In this document: in pieces, positions 14,468 to 28,911 of the stretch
Numbering within the stretch: the first letter of the stretch is position 1
Layout of the letters: every line of letters starts with the position of its first letter
Source: Eledone cirrhosa
Taxonomy: Eukaryota
Length of the DNA stretch: 64,000 nt
NCBI GenBank assembly: GCA_964016885.1
Contig: OZ024740.1
Span: 332,382,001-332,446,000 of the forward strand
Direction of reading: 5' to 3'
Position numbers and translations under genes: made by a program
Notes under the pieces: model-generated
The model's database searches: none
What the model was told of the DNA's origin: nothing
What the model saw: the letters and a program-made list of their open reading frames with translations, nothing else

Positions 14468-15291
14468 GTGGAACACTGGAAGGTAATATCCGTAGTGGTA
14501 GAGCACTGAGTCCATGGGACGAGTTAGGTGGAAGTGGTTACACAACAGTTAGTTCACCATACCGAGAACAATTGTTTCACCATAGCGAATCCTCACCTCG
14601 TAATGGGCATGGTTATAGGAACAGGAAGGACAACCGTACGAACGCGCATGCGCAGAAACCCGGTCACTTCACACAGGCAATACTAGAATGCGTGCGAGAG
14701 GTGTAAGGTAGATAACTGCGAAAGTCCGAACAATTTTTAGTTGGAAATAAAATTACATGGAATTAGTCGGACCCTTGTAGTTATGCAATAGGTGTTTGGC
14801 GACGTGTGGACAACGTGTTAAAAATTCATTTCTCGTGTTTAGGCAATCACTATTGCGTAATCTGTTTAGAATAGTTATTTGTTCGTCAATATATAAGCCA
14901 CCCGTCTGATTTCCCCTTGTGAGGTGTGGCTTATGTATTGACGAACGAATAACTATTCTAAAGAGTTTACGCAATAGTTATTGCCTAAACACGAGGAATG
15001 AATTTTTCACACGTTGTCCACACGTCGCCAAACACCTATTGCATAACTACAAGGACCCGGACTGATTCCTTGTAATTTTATTTCCAAGTAAAAATTGTTC
15101 GGACTTTCGCAGTTATCTCCCTTACATCTCTCGCATGCATTGCCTGTGTGAAGTGACCGGGTTTCTGCGCATGTGCGTTCGTACGGTTGTCCTTCCTGTT
15201 CCTATAACCATGCCCATTACGAGCTGATGAGGATCCGCTAAGTTGAAACAATTGTTCTCGGAATGGTGAACTAACTGTTGTGTAACCACTT
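14465..15291 (-). mobile_element. Fold-back Penelope-like (Naiad-type) element truncated inside the GIY-YIG C-terminus
   Basis: Arms 14532-14902 and 14925-15291 inverted; tail 14465-14531; minus ORF ends ..EQITILN..CLNTRNEFLTRCPH, matching the EN C-terminus of the ORFs at 21353 and 26633. Confidence 0.85.
15220..15260 (+). ncRNA. Minimal hammerhead ribozyme (weak stem II)
   Basis: CGAG-CUGAUGA..GAAAC-AAUU-GUU-CUCG; the twin in the other arm (about 14563-14600) has a damaged core. Confidence 0.7.
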
Positions 15292-15365
15292 ATAAATATA
15301 AATATATATATATATAAATGAAATAACATGAGGCTGGACTGGTGTAAATCCTTGAAATGTTTATT

Positions 15366-15424
15366 ATACTATGATCACTTCAATGACCCGGTTCCATATG
15401 AATCCGGTGATATCATCAGGTATT
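15366..15424 (-). ncRNA. Degenerate hammerhead in a TA-flanked fragment (15320-15540)
   Basis: AUAC-CUGAUGA-(CCGG..CCGG stem)-GAAGU-GAUC-AUA-GUAU; one core mismatch. Confidence 0.6.
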
Positions 15425-15538
15425 GGAATATAACAAAGGAATATGTAAAAAGCCATGGGTCCGAAAAACCATGGGTCCGAGAAACCAGAGACAGAGAGGG
15501 CAGCTGACCAACTAGCTTCACAGCCAGCCGCCCTCAAA

Positions 15539-15588
<50 letters not shown>

Positions 15589-16541
15589 CTAAAGAGAGAT
15601 AGGTAAAATCTTGACAGAAGTGTCAAGTGTGTGTATAAGTGTGTGTGCAAGTGTCTGTGTGAGTATGAGTGTGTGTGTGTATGTGTGTGTGTGTGTGTGT
15701 TTGTGTGTGTCTTTATACACATTCGGTTACACATTCGGGTACACATTCGGGTACACAAAATACATAATAAAAGCAGGTAGATTATATATATTTAATTCTG
15801 TATATTCTGGACTAGGAATAATGACGTCAGCTATGTTTATCTGAATATTTAATTAAATTTATTGAAAACGATTAAGTGGATATATATGTGATTTGTTGAT
15901 ACTCACTGAATATACTGAAATAACAGGAAATTGACTTTTGTTTAAAGTAAAGAGAATATTGTCATCATTCGACGTTAAATTTAATCTTATTCAGTAAAAT
16001 GTACTCATGTGTAGTAAAGGTTATTTATAGCATACATATCTATATACGCCTGGCTCTAGGTAGATAGTTTCCTTCATTTTATCTGTTAGAAACATAGAGT
16101 TAACCTGTACGAAGTTATTAAGGAGTCCTTCACAACATGCATTCTTAATAATCATATACTTAAACTCTCTGTTATACACAGAGATACACATACAGGCATA
16201 CACACACACTCACAACTACATACACATGCACATACACGCAAACATATTCGCATACACACACACATGCACATATATGCACAGACACACATCCACCAATTGC
16301 GTTTAGGAAAGGAAGAAATGCAATTGGTGAGGTATATGTTTACTAGAATTTCACAAACATGGAAGTGTTAGCTTGCTGGTTATCAACTCCTTCTCATTAT
16401 TGCGTCACCACCTGATGATGTAAAACCGGTGCCATTTGCTGTTATAATCATCGTATAACAACTTCACATTGATGTGATTGAAATAGCAATTTGCATTAAG
16501 TACGAATTCGTAACATATTTCGTAATGGTATCTCATGGTAA

Positions 16542-16577
<36 letters not shown>

Positions 16578-16677
16578 CCACGTGCTTGAATGAAGGACCA
16601 GTTTAAATGTGCCTCCTCCAATATACAAAGGACCCAGAAACCAACGTAGCTCATATATATTAAGTGTCTGAAACTTT

Positions 16678-16748
<71 letters not shown>

Positions 16749-17109
16749 CCCTGTGTCCACGCATCGCCTGGTAACTTAGCTGAGAATGAGCTTCCTGTTG
16801 ACGAAAGGTTTCAACATGCGTTCCATTCGGAAACCATGTTTATTCCCTTTCAGAAACTAATTAGTTGGAGTGAAATTTTAGTAAGTTAATTTTTATAATT
16901 TTCTTATTTTACGTCTTTCATATAATTGTTCTGCAGCCTCTTGCATTGAACCACAAAGTTACTGAGACAAACCTATATATTTGCTAGCATAGGTATGCAT
17001 CTGTATATATATGTTGGTAGATATACTAATTCTTTATATATATATATATATATACGTGCGTTGTGTGTGTATATGTGTGTCTGTGTGTGCGCGCGTGTAT
17101 ATACATATA

Positions 17110-17670
<561 letters not shown>

Positions 17671-18036
17671 ATATATATGATTATTGCTGCATTTGTTACA
17701 TCGTGAATTTACTACAACTAATGTTTAATAACCTTGTTATTTGGAGCCTGAGGATATTTTTAATCAGAACTAACCTATTTTCATTTTCTTTCTTATATAT
17801 ATATTTTATCGCTTGGATTGTAACTATAGAAATTAGACATTAATAATTTAGTACCTTCTTAAGAAACAAAAGAACTTTCCATCTTGTAATTATATTTTTC
17901 TCTCTTTAGTGTACTAGATTTTTTCTTGGAAATATTTTTCCTCTGATTTAATTCCTCGTTTTTATTTTAAATTAACAACGGAGGAATCAATACTAATAAC
18001 AGAAATCAATATTGAAAAAATGTTGTGATGATGACG

Positions 18037-18037
18037 A

Positions 18038-18081
<44 letters not shown>

Positions 18082-18192
18082 AATATCATTAATATCATTA
18101 TTATTGCAATTTTAATTTTTTATTATTTTAATCTAATCATGGTTATTGTTGCTGTTATTATTCCTGTTATCATTATGTTTATTATTTTTACA

Positions 18193-18257
<65 letters not shown>

Positions 18258-18311
18258 GTTGTTATCATCATCATTATTATTCTTGTTGTTGTTGTTATTA
18301 TTATTATTATA
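18037..18311. repeat. (CTA)n/(TTA)n microsatellites, representative of dozens of (TA)n, (CA)n, (GA)n and trinucleotide tracts across the window
   Basis: Directly visible. Confidence 0.95.
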
Positions 18312-19427
18312 TGAATAAGCAAATCAAAACACAATCATCTAAATAATCTTTTAGGGGATTAATTTAGAACGAATAGCTTCAAGTACAAGACAGTAAGGCT
18401 GTCAAAGTTAATCTCTTAAGTGAAGATTGAAGAAATCAAGTATGGAACTAACAAAAATGCTTGGAAGAATATGAGAATGGCATCATACGGAAATACATAG
18501 AGATAAACACACACTCGTAGTCACATATACTCTAAGAAATATACACTCATAAATTCAAATATATGTGACATCTAAACAGGATTTACAGGTATACACACAA
18601 ATAGTAGTGCAGACAAACATCCATACATCCATACCTTCGTGTATACAGCCGATGCTGTCATAAAATTCTAATGTTGGCTTGGCGAATGCCTTGTTCTATC
18701 TTCGTGAGAACTTTTAAAAAGAATGTCAGTTGCATATTCATAAATGCATATGCATATAGAAGCATTAGTTCCACGTCAGATACATTAATATGCTATGCTT
18801 CAGAGTTCAAATACTGCTAAATCAAAATAATGGTCTTAACTACACATTCATGTATTTTCAAGAAAACACCCACTATATTTTGGGTGTTAAATCACCAAAT
18901 GATATTTTCTGATTTCCGAGAATTATATGGTGTAAACAAACGTGTGTGGCATTATGCCAGTGTGTGACCTTCTTAAAAGAAAAAAGATCTGATTCTTAAT
19001 TGAACAGGAGAAATATATTTTTTCCTCTCCAGGAGCTTTCAAGCGGTAATCTACATTTAACTCTTCAAACAGGCAGAGAAAGATGTGTTGTTATGCACAT
19101 TATAATAAGAGATTAACAAAAAAAAAACAAAAAAAAACAGGCCTAATTGACAGTGATTGTAAATAGGTATACGAAATAAATCTCTGCGAGGGTCCCAGAT
19201 GAAGGTACCAACAGCAATCGAATCCGAACAGACCAATTCCAGTTTGACTGTCGAGGGTGGGATACAAAATGTATTTATATGCAATTGTTAACAAGCACCT
19301 TATTAGACCAATGCTAAACATTTGGAATCATTAGATACATGATATTATACATTTCACATTATGCAACATATGAGGCTTAGTATATCTCCCCTCTACTTCT
19401 CTCTCTCTCCCCCTCTCTCTCTATACA

Positions 19428-19544
<117 letters not shown>

Positions 19545-19788
19545 TTCAAGAGTAACCAATCTTAAAGAGAGAGATGGAGATAGGAGAGGAGATATGAGAG
19601 GAGAGATTGATGAATTAGTTAGAAGCCAATGCGTAAAGGCAGATATCACACAATGCAGCCTCGACAGATTCATACTGCTTGATTATGGCTGACAACTTAT
19701 GCAACCAAGACACCATAGTGAAAAACCAATATATGGAACATTATATTATGTAACATTCTCTCATTATTTTAATTTATATTCCTTTGAA

Positions 19789-19908
19789 GTTCCGATGAGC
19801 CGCTCTGTCTTTTAAATATGTTAATTATTTTCAACTGAACCAGATCAATTATGATATATAGTCATCTGATCCAGAAATAAAATATGGAGTAGCGAAACAA
19901 TTGTAAAC
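19789..19908 (+). ncRNA. Hammerhead with long loop II in a TA-flanked fragment (about 19541-20025)
   Basis: GUU-CCGAUGA-GCCGCUC..GAGUAGC-GAAAC-AAUU-GUA-AAC. Confidence 0.6.
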
Positions 19909-20024
19909 GGACATTATTATTATTATTATTCTCTACATTCCTTACATCAAACTAAAATATGTTGACAATCTTTTAATAATGTCTTCCTTGTGAAATTTGT
20001 GGTCTTGTTTTGCTTAACTAATGA

Positions 20025-20057
<33 letters not shown>

Positions 20058-20199
20058 CATATCATATAGAAGGTGAGTAATATTGTAGAACAATAAAACT
20101 ATGCATATATCAGATAAGTAGCACTCAACAGTTGGTTGAACTGGAGTATATATTAAATATTCTATTAATAGAGAAGCATGTGAGATAATAACCAAACTC

Positions 20200-22610
20200 G
20201 GTATTGAGAAAAAACAGAACCCTTCTGCCCAAGAATCTCGAGGATTAATCTGAAGGATCATAAAAGAAATTTTTGAACTGACTTGCCTGTAAGACTAATT
20301 GCCCCTTCTAAATCTGATCTAGCGGCTGTTAGTAAATCCATCTTGGATAGAATTATCCCACAGGTGAGGTTTAAATTTCAACTAAATGTAATAAACTGGT
20401 TCAATGACCTAATTAATAAAAACAATCTAACATTTATTCAGTTAGACATTGCTAGCCATTACTCTTCTATTTCTCCTTCACTCCTAAACAAGGCTCTCTC
20501 ATATGCATTAACATACACGGACATCACTAGTGAAGAAATTAACATCATTCTCACCGCAAGGAAAATCCTCTTGGAATTTAACAATGAATATTGGACAAGA
20601 GCGGATACTTCCAGCAATTTCGACATCACCATGGGTTCGTCGGATTCAGCTCAACTGACCGACTTGGTTGGAATTTTCATCTTGAACTCTTTAAATCGGA
20701 AAATTCCTTAAGTTCACTGTGTCCTTAAGACACAATTAGGTATACTAAGGAAACTAATCTTGGCAGAGCCTATAGTAACTGTAGTAATGTAGCTAGTAAT
20801 AATCATACCACTAACAAAAGGATGAGACCTAGATATAAAAATATCCTTTGGTACAACGTTCCCTTCTCTCTTTCCGTTATTAATAATATCCCTAAATTAT
20901 TTTTAGGGCTTTATATACCAGCTCCCTCCTTCACATATATATAGCAAGATATTCAATAAGCATACTATTGAATTCTAATATTCCACTACATTTCTAACAT
21001 TATCTCAAGACATAATTCTAAAATATTAAAGAATAACTCATATGCATCCAGCCACGAGAGTCATAATAATAATACTATAAGGCTCGACGTCAATGTAAAC
21101 TCTAGGCAAAATAACATAAATATAAATACGACGTCAAACGTAAATTTGAGGAATACATCAAATAGTAATGTAAATCTAGAAGCTTTAGCACCTCCTTTAG
21201 TTAATTCCACCCCAGTTACTAATATAATTAACCCTGGGCCACTTGCCAATAACAGTGTAAATAATCTTAATTGTAAATGCAACTGCCGTATTAGAACTAA
21301 TTGTCCTCTTAGTCATTTCTGTCTAGATAAAAACCTAATATATGAATGTTAAGTGGTAACTAGTACCAATACCTATACCTATATTGGCTCTAGTTCTACC
21401 TCTTTTAAAGCAAGATTCTATAATCATTCTTCTTCATTTAAATATCCACTTAAAAGAACCAGCGCCGCACTCTCAGAGCTTATTTGGTCCTTAAAAGACA
21501 AAAACATTAATTACGAAATTTCTTGGCGTAAAATCTACTACGCATCTCCATACTCCAATGCTTCCATATCTAGTGTTTGTAATTTATGCCTAGTTGAAAA
21601 ATTTACCATTATCTCGGATTTCAAATCTATAATAAATAGAAGAACAGATTTATTTGGTCTTTGTAATCATAAATCCTTCAAAACCTTTCACAAAGTATAT
21701 AGCTAATGTCCTATAAAATATTCCACGAATAACGGTTAATCTTTTTTACACATATATTTTTTTTTACACATATTTTTTACATATATTTCATTATATTCTA
21801 CAATGTATTAATTCAGCATATTTTAAGCCTTTGACCTTTTTTTCTATACCCTTAAATTTTCGTTCAAACCTTCGTAGATTTTGTAAACAAACTATGACAT
21901 CATATGTTTTTCTACGTTTATAAATGATTCTAGCAATTTCCTTTATTTACTTGTTGATATTAAATAATAATTAAATAGTATACCCAACATACATAGATTT
22001 TTAACAGAAATTTTTAATTTTCACATAGATAGACTATTTTTATTTTTATTTTTTTTATTGTATATTATTTTATTTTAAAAACCTTTTTTATACTTATTTT
22101 AATTTAATTTTATTTTATTTTATTAATATCATTTTACATTTCTTAATCCAAGTTTTAGTATTTACACCCTATATAATACAATACACCCAGTTTCTATATT
22201 TTAGACCTCTAATATTTGAACACCTTTTATAATATTCGCACATACACCTCATCAATTTACTTTTTAGCCATTATTTACAGATGATTTCATTTTGACAGAG
22301 TTCCTGATCAAAAGTCTCACTATCTCTCTTACTCTGTCTTCCTTTTTTTTCCTTGTTTCCTCTCTTCTGTTTCTTCTTTCCTATTCTCCTTCTTCTTTCC
22401 CTTTCTTCTATTTTCCTATCTTTTTCTTACTCTTATATTTCTGTCATATGTAGATGGACACTTTCTTGTTGACATGTGTTTTTAGGCCTCATATCATATT
22501 ACCTTATTTTATCTGATGAGAACACAATTTTTGTCCCAGGATGATGTTTTTGAAAGGCGCATAATAAAATATATGGAACTTCTTTAACCATCTTTTAATT
22601 TCTTCTTTTA
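20200..22610 (+). mobile_element. Decayed Penelope-like element (Naiad-type): RT, GIY-YIG endonuclease and pLTR
   Basis: RT fragment PVRLIAPSKSDL..FIQLDI..FDITMGSSDSAQLTDLVG (20283-20711); CxCx5Cx5C knuckle CNCRIRTNCPLSHFC, LIYEC..YIG..FKARFYNH, CNLC, CNH (21146-21706); stops and deletions; long AT-rich 3' UTR ending in a hammerhead and (TA)n. Confidence 0.88.
22508..22568 (+). ncRNA. Hammerhead in the 3' pLTR of the 20.2-22.6 kb element
   Basis: UUUAU-CUGAUGA-GAACA..UGUUU-GAAAG-GCGC-AUA-AUAAA; one stem III mismatch. Confidence 0.7.
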
Positions 22611-22721
22611 TATATACATATATATATATATATACATATATACATATACATATACATATATACACACACACATATATATATATATTTATATACACATATA
22701 TATATATACATATATATATAT

Positions 22722-22752
<31 letters not shown>

Positions 22753-25700
22753 TACATATATATACACATATAAATATATATATTTTATATATATATATAT
22801 ATATGTACATATATATGTACATACATATATGCGTGTGTGTGTATGTGTATGTCTGTATGTGTTTGTTTATTCTTAAGCGTACATGTGTGCGCGCGTGTGT
22901 AAATAAACACGCTTGTACATATATTTATATGCAAATATATGTATACATCCTCCTATCCATATAGAAAAAACACGCACATATGCAAATATGCATACATACA
23001 CATTATACGTGTGTGCAATTCAATGACATCTTCGTATGAAACCTCTTATGCCTTTATTAATATTTAGTGTGGAGTATTAACTCTTTTGTTGTAATAACGT
23101 CGCTTTGTCAAAATCGATTTTATAATGAATAGGCAGTGTAATTACACTAGCTTCACTACGTCCGCAAAGACGATTTCAATTGAACTTTTCCATTATTGAA
23201 TATCAGAGGGAATTTCATTGCTAGAATAAAATTGATTCAAAATAGACGAAAATATTTCGAATTCAATTTCATAACCACATTATTGTACGCTCTTAAAATG
23301 AGAACAGAAAAGAAATGTAATGACATAGGCAGGTATAAAGAAAAAAGAAAATAGGACAGTTAGAGTGAGAACAATGGATATTATGACTATGTAGTAAACC
23401 ACGTAGAGACACAAACGTGTTACATGCGTATTTACACTTAAATGGTTTTCTATTTCAGTTAACTTATGGCTTTTTTTTTCTATTTTCATTTTATTAATTC
23501 TACTTGAAACAATACCTACCTTTCTTTATGTTCTATTCTAGAGTTTGACTTTGATCATAGATATGCTGAATATAATGTATTTTAACATTGCATTATTTGA
23601 AAATCTCGTTCTTTTAAAGTGCGTTTCCTTCGCTTGCAATATAGTGGTGATGACCTGAGAAATCTTTTGAACTAATTTTCAAATATGATTGGTAGATATA
23701 ATCGCACCTATTAAATCTATTTGTACATTATAACACTTTTCTTTTATTACTTGCCTTGGCATTTCATTTTCTTTTGTATAATCTACATGTATAAATATAC
23801 CCCTACTAACAATAATAAAGGAGATAAATCTTTATTTATATAAGCATATTCATGATGAACCAGTTTGACTTAATATGTTGTTGAGGATTCGGGGCGAAAT
23901 ATTCTGGCAATAAAATAATTGTTATCCCTTTTCGTGCCTTTGCAATGATTTTGCTAACGTAGGGAGCGTGTAGAGAAGATCTTCAGAGACTGAAACAATT
24001 TCCATACAGAAGACCTGGTCTGAAAGCATGCATTAAAATTAACTTCACTAAAGGCATTATAGTAATAAATGCTGTCTAACAGATATTTCCTAAACTGAGA
24101 AGATACTGATGAATTACATTTGCATGACTGATAAATTATATTTGCAAAGTTAAATGCATGACATTAAGTAGTTGAGACTGTATAAGGTTTTACAAGTCTT
24201 TCTGATCTAAATCTAAAATATATATATCGATACGGACCTAGTGCCCAGCTATGAAGTGCCTGCTTTACATCAAATTTAAACTCAAGAGAGTAAGTTTTAA
24301 TAAACATTAGTATGCATGGGCTCAATTCAATCGTCTATGGCTTTCTTTCATAAATGTGTGATATTGCAACGTTGTTTAATTCATTGATGATATTCATTGG
24401 ATTCAAATTATTTTGATTCGTCATATATGATTTTTAATATTCGTAGTTGTTATTTAGCCCCTGCATTGAAAGATCTAAGCCATTATAGGATTGACCATCC
24501 TCTCTTTTAAGGCATAGTTTATTCATTTCGTTTTTGTGAGCAATCAGGTTTGGATCTGATTCCTAACAACTTGAAATGACCCGCTAGAAGGAAAGTTATT
24601 CACTCGTTTACAGCTATTTCGGTTTTCAACAAGACGAATTGACATATATTTACGAGATTTGGTGAAAGGAAAATTTCATTGATTTCCAAAGTTTCATATT
24701 CTTATGAGGGTTGCAAAATAGTTTTATATTCTAATTGAAACTGTTGTGCTATGTAATCAGCTTTGAGCATTACTCCTCCATCAAACAATTTGCCATTTGA
24801 ACTCGTGAACTGAGTGAACATAGGTCGTGTAGGTTGAGAGAGGAAATTATTTAATCCTATAATCTATAATATCGACAGCCTACCACCTCTCGTAACAGGG
24901 ATATTTATATCCACTTGTGTGGAGAGAAGTGTGAATCTAGATGCCTTTAATACCTTGATAAAAGAGATGAAAGTTAAATTAAACATAAAGGTAACTGAAC
25001 TTCTAAAACAAAGAAGGAACGTGGCGAAATACTGCACAGAATTTTGTCTGACAGCTTACCGATTCCAATACCTTACTACATGACAAAGACGCTTAAAATA
25101 ATTTAAGGATGTGGAATGTTGCAGAAAAACATCGCTGGTAATGTCTGTAACATTTTCAGAGATTTTTTATTTTTTGAATAACATTAAAAACTATCAGTAT
25201 TTTTAAAGCGGTGAATACATACACATCTGAAACGATAATGATAAAGAAAAACAATTCAGGCATACTTTATTTTATCTTAGTTGTAGATTATTGACCTGAT
25301 ATCTAAAAAAAGATGTCCTAAATTATAAGTCAACATGTTGCTCAATTAGCTATTTATTGACCATTCAAATTACATTGTAGCAAGGTCATGTGAAGTTAAT
25401 TAGAATCAGCTATACTGTGTCTTATTTATGGAATATCTGATATCGCAGATGTTTCATAAAACGAATTTTATTAACAATGTCTCATGGTAGAAAATATCAG
25501 AAATTACCATGTGCGCATTCAGTTTCTTTCAAGCGACAAGATAATGACTAGCTTTCTTTTCGAAATGGTGTGTTTGAGAAAACGAGTAGTTGTGATCAAT
25601 TACAGAAGACAAAGGAGGTGTTATGTTTTCACAAAAGATCAACTCCTTTAACATCCAATAATTTCATTAGCCGATCATATCTAAGAAATTATTGCTTTAA

Positions 25701-25935
25701 GATGTTTAATGCTTAAATGAAAAGGGGAATTAAACGATGGAAATCCCCTACTGATTGTCGCTAAAATCATTTTAAAATTAGAGGTGTTAACGATACCCGT
25801 TACGATTGTCCTTATTATCAATTTTAAAATCCAACTTCTTTCACGTAATATATCATCATTAGTATAGAATGGATTAAACATAATACACACAGACACACAC
25901 AAACATACTCACACACACATACTCACACACATGTA

Positions 25936-25973
<38 letters not shown>

Positions 25974-25983
25974 AACCAGTAAG

Positions 25984-26077
25984 ACCCCGACAGCTGAGCT
26001 CAAGCCGTTTCGACGGCTAATTCTGGACTAAATGAAAATTTATCCTGGTATTTAAATAGCCGATCTTCTCAAGGGGT
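25984..26077 (-). ncRNA. U3-A8 variant hammerhead (inverted-arm copy)
   Basis: Reverse complement of 28403-28496. Confidence 0.75.
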
Positions 26078-26632
26078 AATTCCATATATGGTCAAAGTGA
26101 TTGTCAAAAATCAGTAGTAATTCTGTGGTTGCAAATTAGTAGGGGAGATGGTGGCTAAACCTGCCAGTAGGAGAAAGAGGGGAGGGGGTGGAGTAGACCC
26201 AATCAAGCGTTGGTAGTGCCAGCTACAGCTGGGCATGAGGTCAAAGAAGATACAGGGGAGGGGGAGGGGGAGGAAGTCGGAACGGTAGGTAGAACAATGG
26301 GGGGTAGAAATATATAGGAAAGAAAAAATACTGAGAGTGAAGAAAAGCAAATAAGTGTAAAGAAAAAAGTAAAGTAAAATAAATTCTACGACCTAGGTCT
26401 CTAGCTATTGTTAGGCTAGAATAAATAAATAAATAAAGAAAGAAAGAAGTAAAGAAAGAAATAAAGAAATAACAAAATAAGTAAAAGAACTAGGTGGGAC
26501 GGAATAAGCAAGGACCCTTTTAAGAGGTATAAGTACGTAAAAGATACGGTGACGAGTCAACAAAAGGGGCCAAAATACTAAAGAGACTACCACGAAATAA
26601 ACAATAAAGGTTTCCATCCCCACAACGCAGAG

Positions 26633-27286
26633 GTGACAACTCCCATCGGGAAACTATTCTTTAGGTTCATTGAAAAACACTTCCCATTACAACACCGCTA
26701 CCACAACATAATTAACAAAAATACCATCAAACTCTCTTACAGCACTACACCAAACTTCGCACAAAACATCGTCTCCTCTAACAACAAAAAACTCAACCCC
26801 GATGGCAGAAATAACCTAAATAGCAGTGGAGAACCGACCAGGAGGTGTAACTACCCGGATAGATCTATTTCCCCACTCGACAATAGATGCAGAGACCGTA
26901 ATGTGATCTACCAGTGCAACGTGAGGACGGATACCTCCAACAAAGCCTATATAGGACTTACCGCATGTGACTTCAAGACCCGGCTATACCAACATAGACA
27001 TACCTTCCGAAACCCGGCCCGGCGTCACGCCACTACACTGTCGGGCCACATATGGGACCTCAAGGACAACAACATCACCTATGATCTCACTTGGAGATTA
27101 CTGTCCAGAGCCAATTCTTACACGGGAGGACGCCGTCCGTGCAATTTATGCTCGGAGGAAACTTTACAAATGCTGTTTTCGACGGACCAACTCCTAAACA
27201 AGAAAGATGAACTGGTTACTGCATGTAAACATAGATTGCGTAGTACTTACCTCGCCCTCAAACCCCATAATGACCCGGGGGAGTAG
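26633..27286 (+). CDS. 5'-truncated PLE RT thumb/linker plus GIY-YIG endonuclease
   Basis: NKNTIKLSYS, NVIYQC..AYIGLT..FKTRLYQH, TLSGHIWDLK, CNLC, LNKKDELVTACKH; open frame but no true start codon. Confidence 0.85.
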   Translation: MTTPIGKLFFRFIEKHFPLQHRYHNIINKNTIKLSYSTTPNFAQNIVSSNNKKLNPDGRNNLNSSGEPTRRCNYPDRSISPLDNRCRDRNVIYQCNVRTDTSNKAYIGLTACDFKTRLYQHRHTFRNPARRHATTLSGHIWDLKDNNITYDLTWRLLSRANSYTGGRRPCNLCSEETLQMLFSTDQLLNKKDELVTACKHRLRSTYLALKPHNDPGE

Positions 27287-28402
27287 ACTAGGGCTATAAC
27301 ACCCCACTTGCCGATTTTTCAATGGGTAACCCCTGGTTGCCAAGGGAGACGTAAGATCTTCTTTGTATTCTTTTATCGCTTCCTTTATTTCCTCCCCCCC
27401 CCTCTCTCCTTAGTCCTTCTACCCCAGCTCTTCTCCTTTGTCGGCGTCTTTTCTCGCTCACCCGAGGCTGCCCTTTGGCCCCTTGTAGCCTTAGTACCCC
27501 CACGCCCTCCCCTAGTCTATGATAGATTTGGCGGACTCCGCACTTTATAGCAGTTGGTTTAGACCCCGGATACTTGTCCCCTTTTCCGACCGCTCCCACT
27601 ATTCTCTGTGCCCTCTATATTTCTTAGTGGCACTTATGCCTTATTTTTTCGTTTCAATATTTCTTTCTTCGCTTTTCTTTTGGGCGGGGTGGATTCTGAA
27701 TTTATTCTTCCGTATTCTACCTTTACTTCGTACGAACTTTCATGTAGCTTGTTTTGGATCTTTTAGAGTCAGCATTAGTATATATTTTTCTCGGGACTCA
27801 GAAATATTATCTCGTACAAGTTCACTTTGCTGCACTGGGTGGTTGCTGGCATTGTGCCCGGGATGGAAACCTTTATTGTTTATTTCGTGGTAGTCTCTTT
27901 AGTATTTTGGCCCCTTTTGTTGACCCGTCACCGTAGCTTTTACGTACTTATACCTCTTAAAAGGGCCCTTGCTTATTCCGTCCCACCTAGTTCTTTTACT
28001 TATTTTGTTATTTCTTTATTTCTTTCTTTACTTCTTTCTTTCTTTCTTTATTTATTTATTCTAGCCTAACAATAGCTAGAGACCTAGGTCGTAGAATTTA
28101 TTTTACTTTACTTTTTTCTTTACACTTATTTGCTTTTCTTCACTCTCAGTATTTTTTCTTTCCTATATATTTCTACCCCCCATTGTTCTACCTACCGTTC
28201 CGACTTCCTCCCCCTCCCCCTCCCCTGTATCTTCTTTGACCTCATGCCCAGCTGTAGCTGGCACTACCAACGCTTGATTGGGTCTACTCCACCCCCTCCC
28301 CTCTTTCTCCTACTGGCAGGTTTAGCCACCATCTCCCCTACTAATTTGCAACCACAGAATTACTACTGATTTTTGACAATCACTTTGACCATATATGGAA
28401 TT

Positions 28403-28496
28403 ACCCCTTGAGAAGATCGGCTATTTAAATACCAGGATAAATGTTCATTTAGTCCAGAATTAGCCGTCGAAACGGCTTGAGCTCAACTGTCGGGGT
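28403..28496 (+). ncRNA. U3-A8 variant type I hammerhead
   Basis: ACCCC-UUGAGAA-GA(U)CGGCUA..UAGCCGUC-GAAAC-GGCUUGAGCUCAACU-GUC-GGGGU. Confidence 0.75.
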
Positions 28497-28667
28497 CTTA
28501 CTGGTTCCTATTACCCACTCTACTACCTCAAGTATTGAGTACTTTGGTGCGTTATGGTCCACCTGGTTCCTTACCACATTTCCTTCGTTATATATATATA
28601 TATATATATAGTTGTTTGCAACTGTTAATATACAATAAATGAAACCTAATATGCATATCTATATATA

Positions 28668-28770
28668 TACGAGAGGAGGTACCCGGATTCGCCCGGCAGA
28701 ACAGAGAAAATGACTGTACTGGATGTGTTGTCTGGTATGAGGTGAGACCGTAATCTGTGTGTGAGCGCGC

Positions 28771-28803
<33 letters not shown>

Positions 28804-28818
28804 CGTGTGTGCGCGCGC

Positions 28819-28911
<93 letters not shown>

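Larger units (their letters stand above)
25971..28588 (+). mobile_element. 5'-truncated Naiad-type Penelope-like element with inverted 5' pLTR
   Basis: 25971-26620 is a near-identical reverse complement of 27860-28510; internal GIY-YIG ORF; tail 28511-28588; (TA)n on both sides. Confidence 0.92.

Noticed and set aside
16405-16850. CTGATGA and GAAAC-CATG fragments
   Set aside because: Stems could not be assembled into a hammerhead.
20283-27286. Selenoprotein (in-frame UGA/SECIS) signature reported for some Naiad elements
   Set aside because: Visible interruptions are TAA stops or frameshifts. I saw no UGA at a conserved Cys position and could not identify a SECIS.
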